Numbered from the stretch's first letter, positions 1 to 11,500 are shown. The stretch: DNA of 64,000 nt from Hemiscyllium ocellatum (GCF_020745735.1 NC_083409.1:20232341-20296340); one strand, 5' to 3'. Numbers and translations: made by a program. Notes: generated from the letters alone by a model not told the origin.

Positions 1-310
1 CAAGCTGACCCTGCTGCCCCCCTCCCCGGAGCAGGTCAATGCCAAGGGCACTGCCACCCTGGTGTGCCTTGCCAACCACTTCTATCCCGATGAGCTGGAG
101 GTGCAGTGGAAGAAGGATGGTGCAGTCATTTCGGACGGGGTTCAGACCAGCAACTACCTGCGAACTTCGGACAGCACCTACAGTGTCAGCAGCCTGCTGA
201 CCCTCTCTGGGTCTGACTGGGAGTCTAATGCTCACTTCTCCTGTGCCCTCACCCACGTGACCCTCCCCTCTCCCCTCAGCAAGAGCATCAGGAGATCAGA
301 ATGTGTGTAG
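1..310 (+). CDS. IGKC: Immunoglobulin light-chain constant exon, kappa type (shark NS4-like); 5' end cut by the window edge
   Basis: Frame from nt 2 reads KLTLLPPSPEQVNAKGTATLVCLANHFYPDELEVQWKKDG...DSTYSVSSLLTLSGSDWESNAHFSCALTHVTLPSPLSKSIRRSECV*. This is a C1-set domain with both Cys, the conserved Trp, FYP, YSxSSxL and the C-terminal inter-chain Cys. Candidate AATAAA at 837-842. Confidence 0.95.
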   Translation, partial: KLTLLPPSPEQVNAKGTATLVCLANHFYPDELEVQWKKDGAVISDGVQTSNYLRTSDSTYSVSSLLTLSGSDWESNAHFSCALTHVTLPSPLSKSIRRSECV

Positions 311-467
311 AGAGTGTGAGTAAGTCCACAGAGGAGACACAACTTTAAATAGAACAGGGCTGAGCTGGCAGGACAAAGGTCATTGTCAGCACTGAATTTC
401 AACTCTCTTCCTTCTCAGGACTGTTCAGAGAACCTTCTGAGGTTTGGATGTAAAAGCAGGTCATTGC

Positions 468-545
468 GACAGTGTCGACGGAGCTTTACGCTGTGTCAAA
501 CCCCATGCTGTCCCTGTTCTGGGAGTGTTTGATGGGGACAGAGTT
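468..545 (+). repeat. Single unit of a ~69-bp shark minisatellite in the C1 3' flank
   Basis: GGAGCTTTACGCTGTGTCAAACCCCATGCTGTCCCTGTTCTGGGAGTGTTTGATGGGGACAG. Three related units occur in the C2 3' flank (9530-9740). Confidence 0.65.
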
Positions 546-1210
546 GACTTGTGATGGCAAGTAAAATCTCTTGAAGTTGCTGAAGACTGTCAGCTGTACA
601 AAACAATGTGAACCTCAGAAGTCTCTGCTTCAGTAAACCAGATCTCCTTCCTGCTCAGCTGTCAGTTCCAATTTAAGGTTTTGTCACTGTTTAAAGGGAC
701 AGGATTCTCATGTTATTGAGAAAACCTCCACAAGTGTTTTCCTCAAGCTCCATTGTGGCTGTGAATTTGAGCAGCCTCCTCTGTCTGGGCTGTTAATTGC
801 AGTTTTTTTTTCTGTCAATGTGAATGTGGAAAAGGGAATAAAGATGAAGATTCAGTCTCTGTCTCTGTGTGCTTTGGAAATAGATGACCTTCCCCACCCC
901 CCAGTTGATTGGCTGCATTTCAGCAGGTCATTGTCAAGATTGGCTGGTTGGCCTGTCAATCAATTACAATCATCAATCATTAATCATTTTCAAATGATCC
1001 CTTTGGTCAGGAATTTATGCAGGTTACAAGATTCCAAAAAGAACAGAAACTGAAAGTTGTTAGGACTCAATAAGTACAATCTGACGCATTCCCTCTTCAC
1101 TCTGTTGGTCCAGGCCCGGCTGATGGGATCGCACTGTGCAATCTCTGCTGTATGTTGGGTAGCAGCTGAAACAATCTTTGCCCAAACATTGTCAACTCTG
1201 TCTCTCTGAG

Positions 1211-1450
1211 GTAAAAACAAGGACTGCAGATGTTGGAAACCAGATTCTAGATTAGACTGGTACTGGAAAAGCACAGCAGTTCAGGCAGCATCTGAGGAGC
1301 AGGAAAATCGCCATTTCGGGCAAAAGCCCTTCATCAGGAATAGAGCTTTATTCTTGATGAAGGGCTTTTGCCTGAAACGTTGATTTTACTGCTCCTCTGA
1401 TGCTGCCTGAACTGCTGTGCTTTTCCAGCACCACTCTAATCTAGAATGTG
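1211..1450. mobile_element. Palindromic Penelope-derived mini-element with two degenerate hammerhead cores
   Basis: Arms CTGGAAAAGCACAGCAGTTCAGGCAGCATC...TTCGGGCAAAAGCCCTTCATCAGGAAT and ...TGATGAAGGGCTTTTGCCTGAAACG...GCTGTGCTTTTCCAG are reverse complements. Flanked by TG(T/C)CTCTCTGAG at 1199-1210 and 1451-1462. Confidence 0.85.
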
Positions 1451-1518
1451 TGCCTCTCTGAGTGCGAGTGTTTAACTTAATGCTGCTTGGAGGGGTCTCT
1501 CTCAGTGTGGATTTGTTA

Positions 1519-1667
1519 CTCAGAGAGACACCTACAGGCAGCGTTCAGTGACGCACCCACATTCGGAGACACCTATCTACAGCATGGAGTGTGATCATGT
1601 TCCTCAGTGCAACCTGTCTCACAGAGTGAGTGTGTTACTCTGTGCTGCCTGTAGGTGTCTCTCTGAG
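1519..1667. repeat. Perfect 24-bp inverted repeat with 101-bp spacer (MITE-like)
   Basis: CTCAGAGAGACACCTACAGGCAGC (1519-1542) is the exact reverse complement of GCTGCCTGTAGGTGTCTCTCTGAG (1644-1667). Confidence 0.85.
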
Positions 1668-1798
1668 GTATGTGTCTGAGCGATGGATTGAGAATGGGCT
1701 TTGTGCTGGGGATTGAAGATTAGGCTTTAATCTTCTCAAATCATGAATGGAAAACAGTTCTGCTGATTCAGTCTGAGATGGCAGCTCATTCAGATGGC

Positions 1799-1928
1799 CG
1801 AAGTTAAAACATCCAACAACTCCAGGTGATAGTCAAACAGGTTTATTTGAAAGTAGAAGCGTTCAGAGCACTGCTTCTTCATCAGGTAGCTGGAGGGGCA
1901 GGATCATTGGACACAGAATTTATAGTAA
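1799..1928 (-). mobile_element. Short Penelope-type terminal fragment with a degenerate hammerhead core
   Basis: Minus strand reads CCTGATGAAGAAGCAGTGCTCTGAACGC. 11-bp TSD ATTCAGATGGC at 1788-1798 and 1929-1939. Confidence 0.65.
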
Positions 1929-2019
1929 ATTCAGATGGCAGCTGAGAAAGGTGAATACTGAGAGTGTATTCTCAGTAAGGGAGGGATTTCAGAGGCAGTG
2001 GGCACTGTGCTCCCTAATG

Positions 2020-2092
2020 CAGAAATGTCGATTTTCCTGCTCCTCAGATGCTGCCTGACCTGCTGTGCTTTTCCAGCACTACTCTAATCTAG
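2020..2092 (+). mobile_element. 73-bp Penelope pseudo-LTR fragment
   Basis: GAAATGTCGATTTTCCTGCTCCTCAGATGCTGCCTGACCTGCTGTGCTTTTCCAGC, flanked by a perfect 16-bp TSD ACTGTGCTCCCTAATG (2004-2019, 2093-2108). Confidence 0.85.
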
Positions 2093-2787
2093 ACTGTGCT
2101 CCCTAATGTGTTGCCCAATTACAAGAGGACTTTCTGAATCCAGGGTCAATCGTGGCTGCCTGCCCAGCCAATGCTGGCTCTCCATAGTCATATTTCAGTG
2201 GTTAATTAACCCAAACAAGGTGCAGCAATATTACCTTCCAGGGAGGGGAGCTGTCTGAGGGAGGGAGGGTGAATTCTTGCAGCCCCAAGAGAAGTTGTGG
2301 TGGATTAATGACAGGTATGACCACCATGAAGGTGCCACCTTCTTTCCCCCTGCCCCAGCTGTGATGACCCTCAGGTTAAAAGTGTGACTGCTCTGGGATG
2401 ATGACCACATTCCTGGGTGATGGAGGGAAGGCCAACCTCTCCCAAAGGCAGCACAGGCTGGATCGAAGGTGAAACAAGAGTAAGCATGGGGAGATTGAGG
2501 GTGACAGAAGGAGGGGGTTGGTTGGCAGTTTGTTATTCAGAGTCAGGTTCCAGAGTATCAGTCCTTCTGACATGCACCTTTTCATCTGTCAGCCAGGGCT
2601 CCCTGATTGGACAAAGTTAACTGTCTCTGTCAGGGAACTCATATTTTATCAAAAAGAATAAACATTTATTGAACAAGGAGCTCAAGAGCTAAATGACACT
2701 AGACAAAATAATGGTTTGAAAGGTTTCATTATGGACACCGCAAATGAGATTTTCACTCAATGGATGGTGGGAATCTGGAATAGACTG

Positions 2788-3090
2788 TCATAAAATCCCT
2801 ACAGTTAGGAAACAGGCCATTTGGCCCAACGTGTCCACACTGACCCTTGGAAGAATAACCTACCCAAGACCCAATCCCCTATCTTATTACTCTGCTTTTG
2901 CCCTGACTAATGAGCCTAACCTACACATCCCTGATCACCATGGGCAACTTAGCATGGCCAATTCACCTAACCTGCACATCTTTAGATTGTGGGAGGAAAC
3001 CAGAGCATCCAGAGAAAGCCTACACAAACACTTGGAGAATGTGCAAACTCCACACAGACAGTTGCCTGAGGCTGGAATTGAACCTGGGTC
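2788..3090 (-). mobile_element. HE1-like tRNA-derived SINE
   Basis: Reverse complement of the HE1 body (TTAGCATGGCCAATTCACCT, GAGGAAACCAGAGCA, GGAAACAGGCCATTTGGCCC). Confidence 0.85.
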
Positions 3091-3094
3091 AAAA

Positions 3095-5580
3095 CACCCA
3101 AACTGGCCTTGACTTCGCTACAACCTCTGCCTCCACTTCTGGCCCCTCCCACTCTGCAACCAAGACTGATACTACATTTTCCAGAGTCCCCTTGAGTCCA
3201 ACTGCCCACCTGCAGCCAGCCAGCACACTCGCTCTCCCTCCTCACCCATACACCCTCCCAGTGCACCCTATCCCTCCACTTCTCCATCTTCACCCCATCT
3301 CCACCTTCCCGCTCCCACACCTCACTCCACAACCCACCTCCGCCCCAATCTCCTTTCTCTCCCACACCCATTCTCTCCCATTCCCATCACCCTTGCCCCC
3401 TCCCCTCCTTCAGCCATCTCCGACCCACCTGAAAACCTCGTCCCCCACCCCAAGCCTTGCCCCTGAAAATACTATCCCCCCACGACCTCGAACTCTCTGA
3501 GGCCAAAAGGTCCATCCTGAGAAAAGGGCTCACATTCATTCCCCACCTCAAAAAATCCCGCACCCACCAGGACGTGGAGCTCTTCTTCCACCGCCTCTAC
3601 CTCCATGTCTTCTTCTTTAACAAAAACTCCCAAACTCCCTCTGAGGACCCCTTCTCCCACCTCCAACCTTCCTCCTCCACTTGGTCACCCCCCCCACCCC
3701 CCACCACCAGCTGTGTACACCCAATTTCTTCATTGCTGACCACTGATGCGATATCAGCCGCCTCAATTTCCATCCATCCAGTCCCCCTCCACCAATGCCC
3801 TCCTCCATCTGGCCGAACTGGTCCTCACCCTCAACAACTTTTCCTTTAACTCCTCCCAGTTCCTCTAAATCCAGGGGTGGCTATGAGTACCTGGATGGGC
3901 CCCAGCTCCCCCTGCCCCTTTATTGGCTATGCTGAACAGTCCCTCTTCAGTGCCTACACAAGCACTGTGCCCCAGCTCTGCTACCATTACATGGATGACT
4001 GCGTTGGTGCAGTGACCTGCACCCAGGCTGAACTGGAGCAGTTCATCGTCTTCGCCTACAACTTCCACCCTACCCTCAAATTCACTTGGTCCACCTCGGA
4101 CACCTCCCTCCCCTTTACTGACCTCTCCATTCCCATCTCCAGTGACAGTATTTAGATAGACATTTACTGCAAACTCACAGACTCCATTATTACCCGGACT
4201 ATACTTTCTCCCACCCAGTATCCTGCAAGAACTCCATCCCATTCTTCCAATTCCTCCGCCTCAGCTCTATCTGCTCGTATGAGGAGACATTCCACTCCCA
4301 AGTATTCCAGATGTCCACCTATTTCGAACAACATGCTTTTGCTCCCTCTGTCATCCATCGCACCACCTCCATTTCCCGTTCCATTGCTCTAAACCCACCC
4401 CCCTCCAAACAGAATAAAGACAGAGTGCCCATTGTCCTCACCTATCACCCAAACCGATCTCTGTATCCAACACATCATCCTATTCCGCCAAGCCGAACAA
4501 GACCCCATCACCAAGAATGTCTTCCTCACCCTACCCCTGTCTGCCTTCCACAAGGACTGTTCCCTTTGACAATTCTTGGTTTGCACCACTCTCTCCACCA
4601 TCTCTCCTAATCCCCAGGTACCTTCCCCTGCAAACGGAAAGGATGCAAAGCCTGCTGGTACACCAACCCCTCCCCTCCATCCAGGGCCCAAAACAGTCCT
4701 TCCAGGTGAGACAGAGGTTCACCTGCCTCTCCTCCAACCTAGTTTACTGCATCAGGTGCCCGCGATGTGGTCTTCTCTACATCGGCAAGACCAAACATAA
4801 ACTTAGGCAGCGGTTGTTCGTGCATCTCAGCTGGGCCTGTAGGGGCCGACCAGACTTCCCAGTCACCACCATTTTAATTCCCCTTTCCACTCCCTTTCCT
4901 CCGGGTTCAATTCCCTCCTCAGGCGACTGACTGTGGGGAGTTTACACATTCTCTCCGTGTCTGCGTGGGTTTCCTCCGGGTGCTCCGATTTCTTCCCACA
5001 TTCCAAAAATGTGCAGGTTCGGTGAATTGGCCATGCTAAATTGCCCATAGTGTTAGGTGAAGGGGTAAATGTAGGGGAATGGGTCTGGGTGGGTTGCGCT
5101 TCGGCGGATCAGTGTGGACTTGTTGGGCTGAAGGGCCTGTTTCCATTCTGTAAGTAATCTAATCTAATCTAATCAACATGACCATCTTAGGCCTCCTCCA
5201 TTGCCACAATGAACCAAACCGCAAATTGGAGGAACAACATCTCATCTTCCGCCTGGGCAGCCTACAGCCCAGAGGATTCAACACTGAGTTCTCCAATTTC
5301 AAATACCCTCCCTTCTCATCCCCTGACTCCCTCCACAGTCCCTCCCATCTCTTCCACTCCTCTCTGCCACCAAACAGATTCATTCCTTCCATTGACGAAC
5401 CAGGTCATGTCCTTTGCCTGTCTTCATCTATCCCCATTCTCCACCCTGCTCCCGCCACCCCCTTTATCTGCAGCTTCGCCTACACCCACCGTCATTCCTG
5501 AAGAAGGGTTACACCCAAAACATCAACTTCTTCACCGCCTGATGCTGCCTGGCTTGCTGTGTTCCTCCAACCTCCTGCCT
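3095..5580 (+). mobile_element. Degenerate Penelope-like retroelement (RT + GIY-YIG endonuclease) ending in a pseudo-LTR
   Basis: RT motifs LVLTLNNFSFN, AMSTWMGP, YHYMDD, FHPTLKFT. GIY-YIG LVYCIRCPRCGLLYIGKTK...RKLEEQHLIFRLGSLQPRGFN. Hammerhead-like CCTGAAGAAGGG at ~5497. Frameshifts and stops are present. Confidence 0.9.
4900..5172 (+). mobile_element. HE1-like SINE nested in the Penelope GIY-YIG region
   Basis: CCGGGTTCAATTCC...GGTGAATTGGCCATGCTAAATTGCCC...GAAGGGCCTGTTTCC with a (TAATC)n tail. It splits the endonuclease reading frame. Confidence 0.9.
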
Positions 5581-5739
5581 GTCATTGAATGGAACCAGCA
5601 GGAAAGGGCTGGACAATCAAGTGTCAGGGCCATCAACAAATAGGAATGGGACACACTACAGATAGATGCATTGAGACAGTCAATCACAAAGAGAACACCA
5701 AACTGGAAATGAAACACTCATACACAGTGGGCGGAAATT

Positions 5740-6050
5740 AATATCAGAAAGTGTGAGACCATGCACTTTGCTCGGAATAATCGAAAGGCCGACTATTATT
5801 TAAATAGTGAGAGATTCCAACAAAGTGCAGTACAGAGTGATCGGTGTAGTATTGTGCATGAAACACTGAAAGTTAGTGCAGGTGCAGCAAGGAATTGAGA
5901 AGGTAAATGGAATTTTCACCTTTATTGCCTGGGGTTGGAATCTGAAAGTAGAGAAATCTTGTTAAAACTTTATAGGGTGTTAGTGAGCCTGGATTTGAAG
6001 TATTGTGTGCAATTTTGGTCCCTGTATTTAAGAAAGGATGGACAGTCATT
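5740..6050 (+). mobile_element. CR1 LINE ORF2 3' fragment
   Basis: Peptide ILLKLYRVLVSLDLKYCVQFWSLYLRKD matches the CR1 C-terminal motif. Confidence 0.8.
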
Positions 6051-7549
6051 GCAGTCCTACTCCTGCTTCAATTTCTCATGTTCTTGTGTGCTCCAGTGTC
6101 CTTCCCTCACAGCACAACTGGTTTGTCCCTTCCCTGCAGTAGCAGCCTCCAGTCTCTGGGTGGTGCTGCCATATGATCTGCCTTGCCCAGGCTGTCACAA
6201 TTCCCACATCACAACAATGCCTGGACTTCGGAAGTATTGAATTGGCTGTAAAAAAATTTTCCAACATCCTAAGCTCAAAAACGGCATAATAGAAATATAA
6301 TTCTCTCTCCTTTTATGTTTTGTCTCCAAGCTTTCCCACCTGTCATCCAACAACATTGCACACTTGTGTAAAATCTAGAATGGATCATGAATCTCTGGGA
6401 GAACTTACTTTGTGACAAGACTGGGTCTAATGACCACATCCTCAGTGGGCTTTGAAGGTGAAGGTCAATAGCAGTCTCATTGGGACTTGATCTGAATTGT
6501 CTCCAGTCAGTCAGTGCTTTTGTCTGGTCCAGACATTACTGACCAACCTTAGAGCCCTGTGATCTGATTGAGATGAAGGGTGAGCTGTGCTGGACTTTCA
6601 CACATGGCTCACACACATGGTGAAGCAGGGATTCCGCATTTCAGAAGAGTAAACGGAACAAACGAACTGGGTGGATGTGACATCCCCACCTGTCCCCAAG
6701 AGAGTGGGGACAGGAACAGTAATATTCTCACACAGAAAGGATGGTAAAAATTTTAACCCAGAGAGAGAGAGGGGGTGGGGGGGATAGGAAAAGCAACGCT
6801 CCCTAAAGACAGGGGACAGTATCTGTCTGTTCCCCACTTTCTTGTTGTGTTGTGACCTTGGGAAATTGGTTTGGTTTATATTTTCTCAGTTGTATTTAGG
6901 TTTGATGAAGTGATTCATTAACAAGGATTCCAATTACATATTTCCTGAAGCAGCAGATCTATTGAAGATCACATTTTCATTTGGAGTTTGCCCAGGTTTC
7001 TGTCCAGGCTGATGCAGCATGGTCTATCAGTGCTGCTCCTATTGGGCTAAACCATCACACACCAGGGAATCTGATGGGCACTTTCTCTTTGTGCTGGCAA
7101 AGGGAGATATTTGGTTTTACTGCGATGGTGGCCAGACAAATTAGTCCGTGGATGTAGTTCCAGCTGAGCAGAATGTTCTGATGTTCATGATGGGATTAAC
7201 CTCGACAGTTCCCACTTGCCTTTACCCCGACAGTGGAACAGGAAGTCACCATGCAGTGGTCTCCTGGCTCACACTGAGAAACTAAGTTGATGGCATAACT
7301 GCAGAGAGTAAGACAATGGCTTGGACTCACCGAACAACCAGAGGCTTCAGCCAACAACTGGGTCACAGGCAAATGGCGTGTTGTATAAACTCTCAGTATC
7401 TCAGGGAACATTCATTGACAAACATAACTGCAAAATGGAACAGGATATTGTTTATGAAAATTGGCATTGCAAAAATAAAATCCAAACACATTATAGATAA
7501 TCTCATTTCAAAGACGACAGCATTTTCTTTGGAAACTGGACGATAATGA

Positions 7550-8370
7550 GATATCAAACACCCATCCACTCCGTCACACGGTGTTGAAGACACACTGTCC
7601 TCATCATAACAGGTTTGCAAGCATCTGAATAACACGTAAGGGGAGAGAAACATTGCAAACTGTATTATCACAAGAGAGGATCCATTAAAACCTAGAACCA
7701 TGATGTTAATGCTCGCTGCTATAAATAACACTGATGCATTCACATCATTGGAATGTTAAATGATTTAAATGTCAAGAGGCATTGATGATTTTTTTTCAAG
7801 TCCATAGCAAGGAAGCAGCAGCTGACATATGAACTCCAGCAAACTAATGATAACAGGCACTGAATACAGAGCTGGCTCCTGAGAGAGTAAAGAAATCAAC
7901 CGCAGAGATCTGTCCAGTGCTGGGAACACTTTATACAAGACAGTTTGTTGCCAGCAAGTTACTGCAGCTTGAAAACTCCAGTACGGTCAGAAAGAGAAAA
8001 AGGACAATGTGCAGATTGTTGAACAGGTCCCTACACCTGGGCCTGAGGCAGGAGCCCAAGCTCCAACACACTGGCCTCACTTCACACCAACCTTCACACA
8101 GTGCGGGGTCATGAACTCCGGCCATCAATCCCTCAGGGACTGGGACGGAGTAAGGGAACAGGGACAATTGTAGAAGAGTCAATAAGGAGTAAAGCAAGAT
8201 GGAGGGTGTGTTTTGGAAAGGGGTTAGAGGAGGAAATATACTTTGTGCCACTCAGTACTGACATCATCTACGTGTATCACAGAATGAACAAAACAGCACA
8301 CTGTGAAGACAAACAAAAGTCACATCAAAGTACTTTTCTTATCACATGGGACATTTTCATTGTGGTGCCC
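7550..8370. repeat. Arm 1 of an inverted local duplication (partner 15410-18190)
   Basis: 7917-8370 is the reverse complement of 15410-15845 (~85-90% by eye). 7550-7900 matches 16930-17072 plus 17897-18180 at lower identity. Confidence 0.9.
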
Positions 8371-8476
8371 TCAGTACCCTACTTCTAAAGCTGCACTGTC
8401 TCTCTATGGGTCTCTACAGATTGAGCCTGTTAGCTCCAAGCAGAGTCCCACTTTACTGATCAGGGACAGTGAAGCA

Positions 8477-8492
8477 GCTGCCCTCTAGTGGC
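8477..8492 (-). promoter_or_regulatory. Candidate CTCF binding site
   Basis: GCTGCCCTCTAGTGGC; the reverse complement GCCACTAGAGGGCAGC closely matches the CTCF core CCAC/GYAGRKGGCRS. Motif match only. Confidence 0.55.
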
Positions 8493-9334
8493 AAAACAGC
8501 GCCTGCACTGCTGCTGAGGATTATGGGTAAAGTCCCCTTCCATTCGTGCCCACACAAACCAGCAGCCACTTCAGCTGCTTTATTGAAAACCACAAGCTTT
8601 CAAGGCGCTGTTCTTTCAACGGTGGAACTGGACACACGATCAAATGAGTGAGGGGCAGAGGAAGGAGATTCATCCTCTTGAGCCTGCTCCCCATGGCTGA
8701 CCTGATTATTCCACATTCTTGCCTTACTCTGATAGATTCTTGAAAACAATGGCTATCTACTTCTTCACTACCAGCATTCAGAGGTTTCATTTCTACGTTT
8801 GATGAAAAGTTCCAAAGATCTAAGACCTTATGCAAGAAAAAAAAAACTGCTTATCACGGTCTTCTATGAGGGAACTTGTTTTAATTTGATATTCTCCCCG
8901 AAAAGGAAACATACTTTTCACATCCACGCTGTATTCTATGTTCATGTTGATATGGCATCTGCTTTAATCAGCTGTTGTCTCATGAGAACAGCAGCCTATC
9001 CTGCCACATTCAGTGACTGATACACGTAAACATCCAGGTCCTACTGCCCCTCCACCCACCCATTTCTTTCCAAAATGAATCAGTGACATCTCTTTCCATT
9101 AAATTGTTTCTACAGCCATCTGCTCATTCCATTAACTTATCTAGATTCTTTTTGAAGTTGGACACTATCTTCTTCATCAGCCGTAATACATCCAAGTTTC
9201 ATACCATCAGCAAATTTTGAAGCTATGCCTTGTACACTCAGGTTAACATAGATTTAAATATTTTAAATATTGTTTTTTAAATGAACTATTTTATAAACTA
9301 TTGTAAATTAAACCTCAAATTTATTGCCCATTTA

Positions 9335-9477
9335 TTGTGTGGGTTTCCTCTGGGTGCTCCGGTTTCCTCCCACAGCCCAAAGATGTGCGGGTCAGGTGAA
9401 TTGGCCATGCTAAATTGCCCGTAGTGTTAGGTAAGGGGTAAATGTAGGGGTATGGGTGGGTTGCACTTCGGGTGGAA
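9335..9477 (+). mobile_element. HE1-like SINE internal fragment in the C2 3' flank
   Basis: GGGTTTCCTCTGGGTGCTCCGGTTTCCTCCCACAG...GGTGAATTGGCCATGCTAAATTGCCC. Confidence 0.85.
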
Positions 9478-9529
9478 GCTGACAGTCTTCAGTATCTTTG
9501 GAAGATTATGCTTGGTAATACAAGTCAGC

Positions 9530-9740
9530 ACCAACCCCATCAAACAATCCCCCTGGGCAGGGACAGAATTGGGGTTAGATACAGAGTGTCGACCTTCCCA
9601 TACTGTTCCCTCGAAAGATACCCATGACATGGACAGGATAAGATACAGAATAAAGCTGTCTCCACATGGTACTCTCCAAAAACTCTAAGGACAGGGACAG
9701 CACTAGGTTGGGTACAGAGTGAAGTTCTCTCTACAGTGAC
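9530..9740 (-). repeat. Three degenerate units of the ~69-bp minisatellite
   Basis: Minus strand repeats the pattern ...CTTyACTCTGTATCTAACCCC...GCTGTCCCTG... three times. Confidence 0.6.
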
Positions 9741-9871
9741 ACAGTAACCTGCCTTAACCCCTGAACCTCAGAAGTGTCCCTGAGGCCAGTTCAGACAATG
9801 ACCTTTGTCCTGCCAACCCAACCCTGTCCTATTTAAAGTTTATGTCTCCTCTGTGGACTGTCTCAAACACT

Positions 9872-10200
9872 CTACACACATTCTGATCTCCTGATGCTCT
9901 TGCTGAGGGCAGAGGAGAGGGTCACGTGGGTGAGGGCACAGGAGAAGCCAGCGTTGGACTCCCAGTCAGACCCAGAGAGGGTAAGCAGGCTGCTGACACT
10001 GTAGGTGCTGTCCGAAGCTCGCAGGTAGTTGCTGGTCTGAACCCCGTCCGAAATGACTGCACCGTCCTTCTTCCACTGCACCTCCAGCTCATCGGGATAG
10101 AAGTGATTGGCAAGGCACACCAGGGTGGCAGTGCCCTTGGCATTGACCTGCTCCAGGGAGGGGGGCAGCAGGGTCAGCTTGGGCTGAGAGTTCTCACGGC
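9872..10200 (-). CDS. IGKC: Second kappa-type Ig light-chain constant exon, complete
   Basis: Acceptor TCTTATCTTTCAG at 10201-10213, phase 1, then (x)GC-RENSQPKLTLLPPSLEQVNAKGTATLVC...SCALTHVTLSSALSKSIRRSECV*. Open frame; 11 nt differences from copy 1 over 310 nt. Confidence 0.95.
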
Positions 10201-10499
10201 CTGAAAGATAAGAGATATCATTTTAATTCCTGCCATTTGAAGGGATTTCAACTTTTCAGACATTAACTGGTAAAAGCATCATTTTGAACTTTTGTATCCA
10301 ATACCTAGCAAACCCAACAAAAGGATGGACATTTTTTAAAATTCTTTTTTAATGGTGGGGGTTGAAGTCCCCCACCCAGAGTACATTCTGTGCCCTCACC
10401 ATCCTCAGAGCTTCCTCCAAGTGCTGTTCAACATGGAGGAGAGACTGACTCATCAGCCGAGGGAGGACAGTACGTGGTCATCAGCCAGAGGTTTCACAG

Positions 10500-11060
10500 A
10501 ATCAGAGAATCATACAGTGTAGAAGAGGTCCCTCATCTGATCATGTCTGTCCCACCAAGGCAAAACTAAATCTACTCTCCATCCACTTTCCAGAACTGGG
10601 CACAAAGCATTGAATGTTTGGATATTTCAGGTGCTCATCCAGGTATTTCTTAAACGGTTGTGAGGTTTCCCACCTCAGCTATCCTCCCAGGCAGTACATT
10701 CCAGACTCCCACATTCTGGGGGAAAAAGGTTTTCCTCAACTCCTCTCTAAAGCTCCTGTCTTTCACATTGAATGTGACCCAACTCATTATTGAGCCTGCA
10801 ACTAAGGGGAGCAGCTGCTTTCCATTCCCCCTGTCCATACCCCACCTAACCTTGTACACCTCTGTCAGAGCCCCACTCAACCATCTCTGTTACAAAGAAA
10901 ACAACCTGAGCCTCTCTTCACATTTGAGATGGTCCATCCCAGGAATTTCCTCTGCACCCCGTCCGGTGTAATCACATCCTTCCTATAGTGTGGTGACTGG
11001 AACTGCACACACTACTGCAGCTGTGGCCTAACCAGTTTTGCCCAGCTCCAACATATCCTC
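10500..11060 (-). mobile_element. CR1 LINE 3' end
   Basis: Minus strand gives MDRGNGKQLLPLV...FREELRKTFFPQNVGVWNVLPGRIAEVGNL, typical of the CR1 C-terminus and 3' tail. Confidence 0.8.
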
Positions 11061-11500
11061 CATGATCTTACAATCCGTGCCTGAAATGATAAAGACTACA
11101 CCACCACCTCTGCTGGGTCTGTCCTGCTGATATGCCCAGGGCATATCCAGGGATGGTGATGGTGGTGTCTGGGACATTGTCTGTAAGGTATGGTTCTGTG
11201 AGTGTGACTGTGAAAGGCTGTTGCTTGACTAGTCTTTGAGACAGTTCTCCTGAATTTGGCACCAGCCCCCAGATGTTCGTAAGGAGGATGAAACAGGGTA
11301 GACAGGGCTGTGTTGATGTTGTTTCTGATGCCAAGATCGATGCCAGGTGATCCATCAGGTTTCATTCTGTTTCTGAGACTTCCCAGCGATTGTTAGAATG
11401 GATGGCCATGCTCGGCCATTACAGAAGGTGGGTCACAGTTAACCTCATTGCTGTGGGTCTGGAGTCACGTGTAGGCCAGAAAAGGTAAGGATGGCAGATT
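11060..11500 (-). mobile_element. LINE (CR1/L2 group) endonuclease N-terminal fragment
   Basis: LLTNIWGL...VTLTEPYLTDNVPDTTITIPGY resembles the start of an AP-endonuclease. Confidence 0.6.

Noticed and set aside
7316-7546. ORF starting MAWT, reminiscent of a lambda-type leader
   Set aside because: No hydrophobic signal core, no octamer, and no V exon follows.
7393-7743. 116-aa hydrophobic minus-strand ORF inside the duplicated arm
   Set aside because: The paralogous arm has a stop and indels, and substitutions across 48 codons (7/9/12 at positions 1/2/3) show no clear coding bias.
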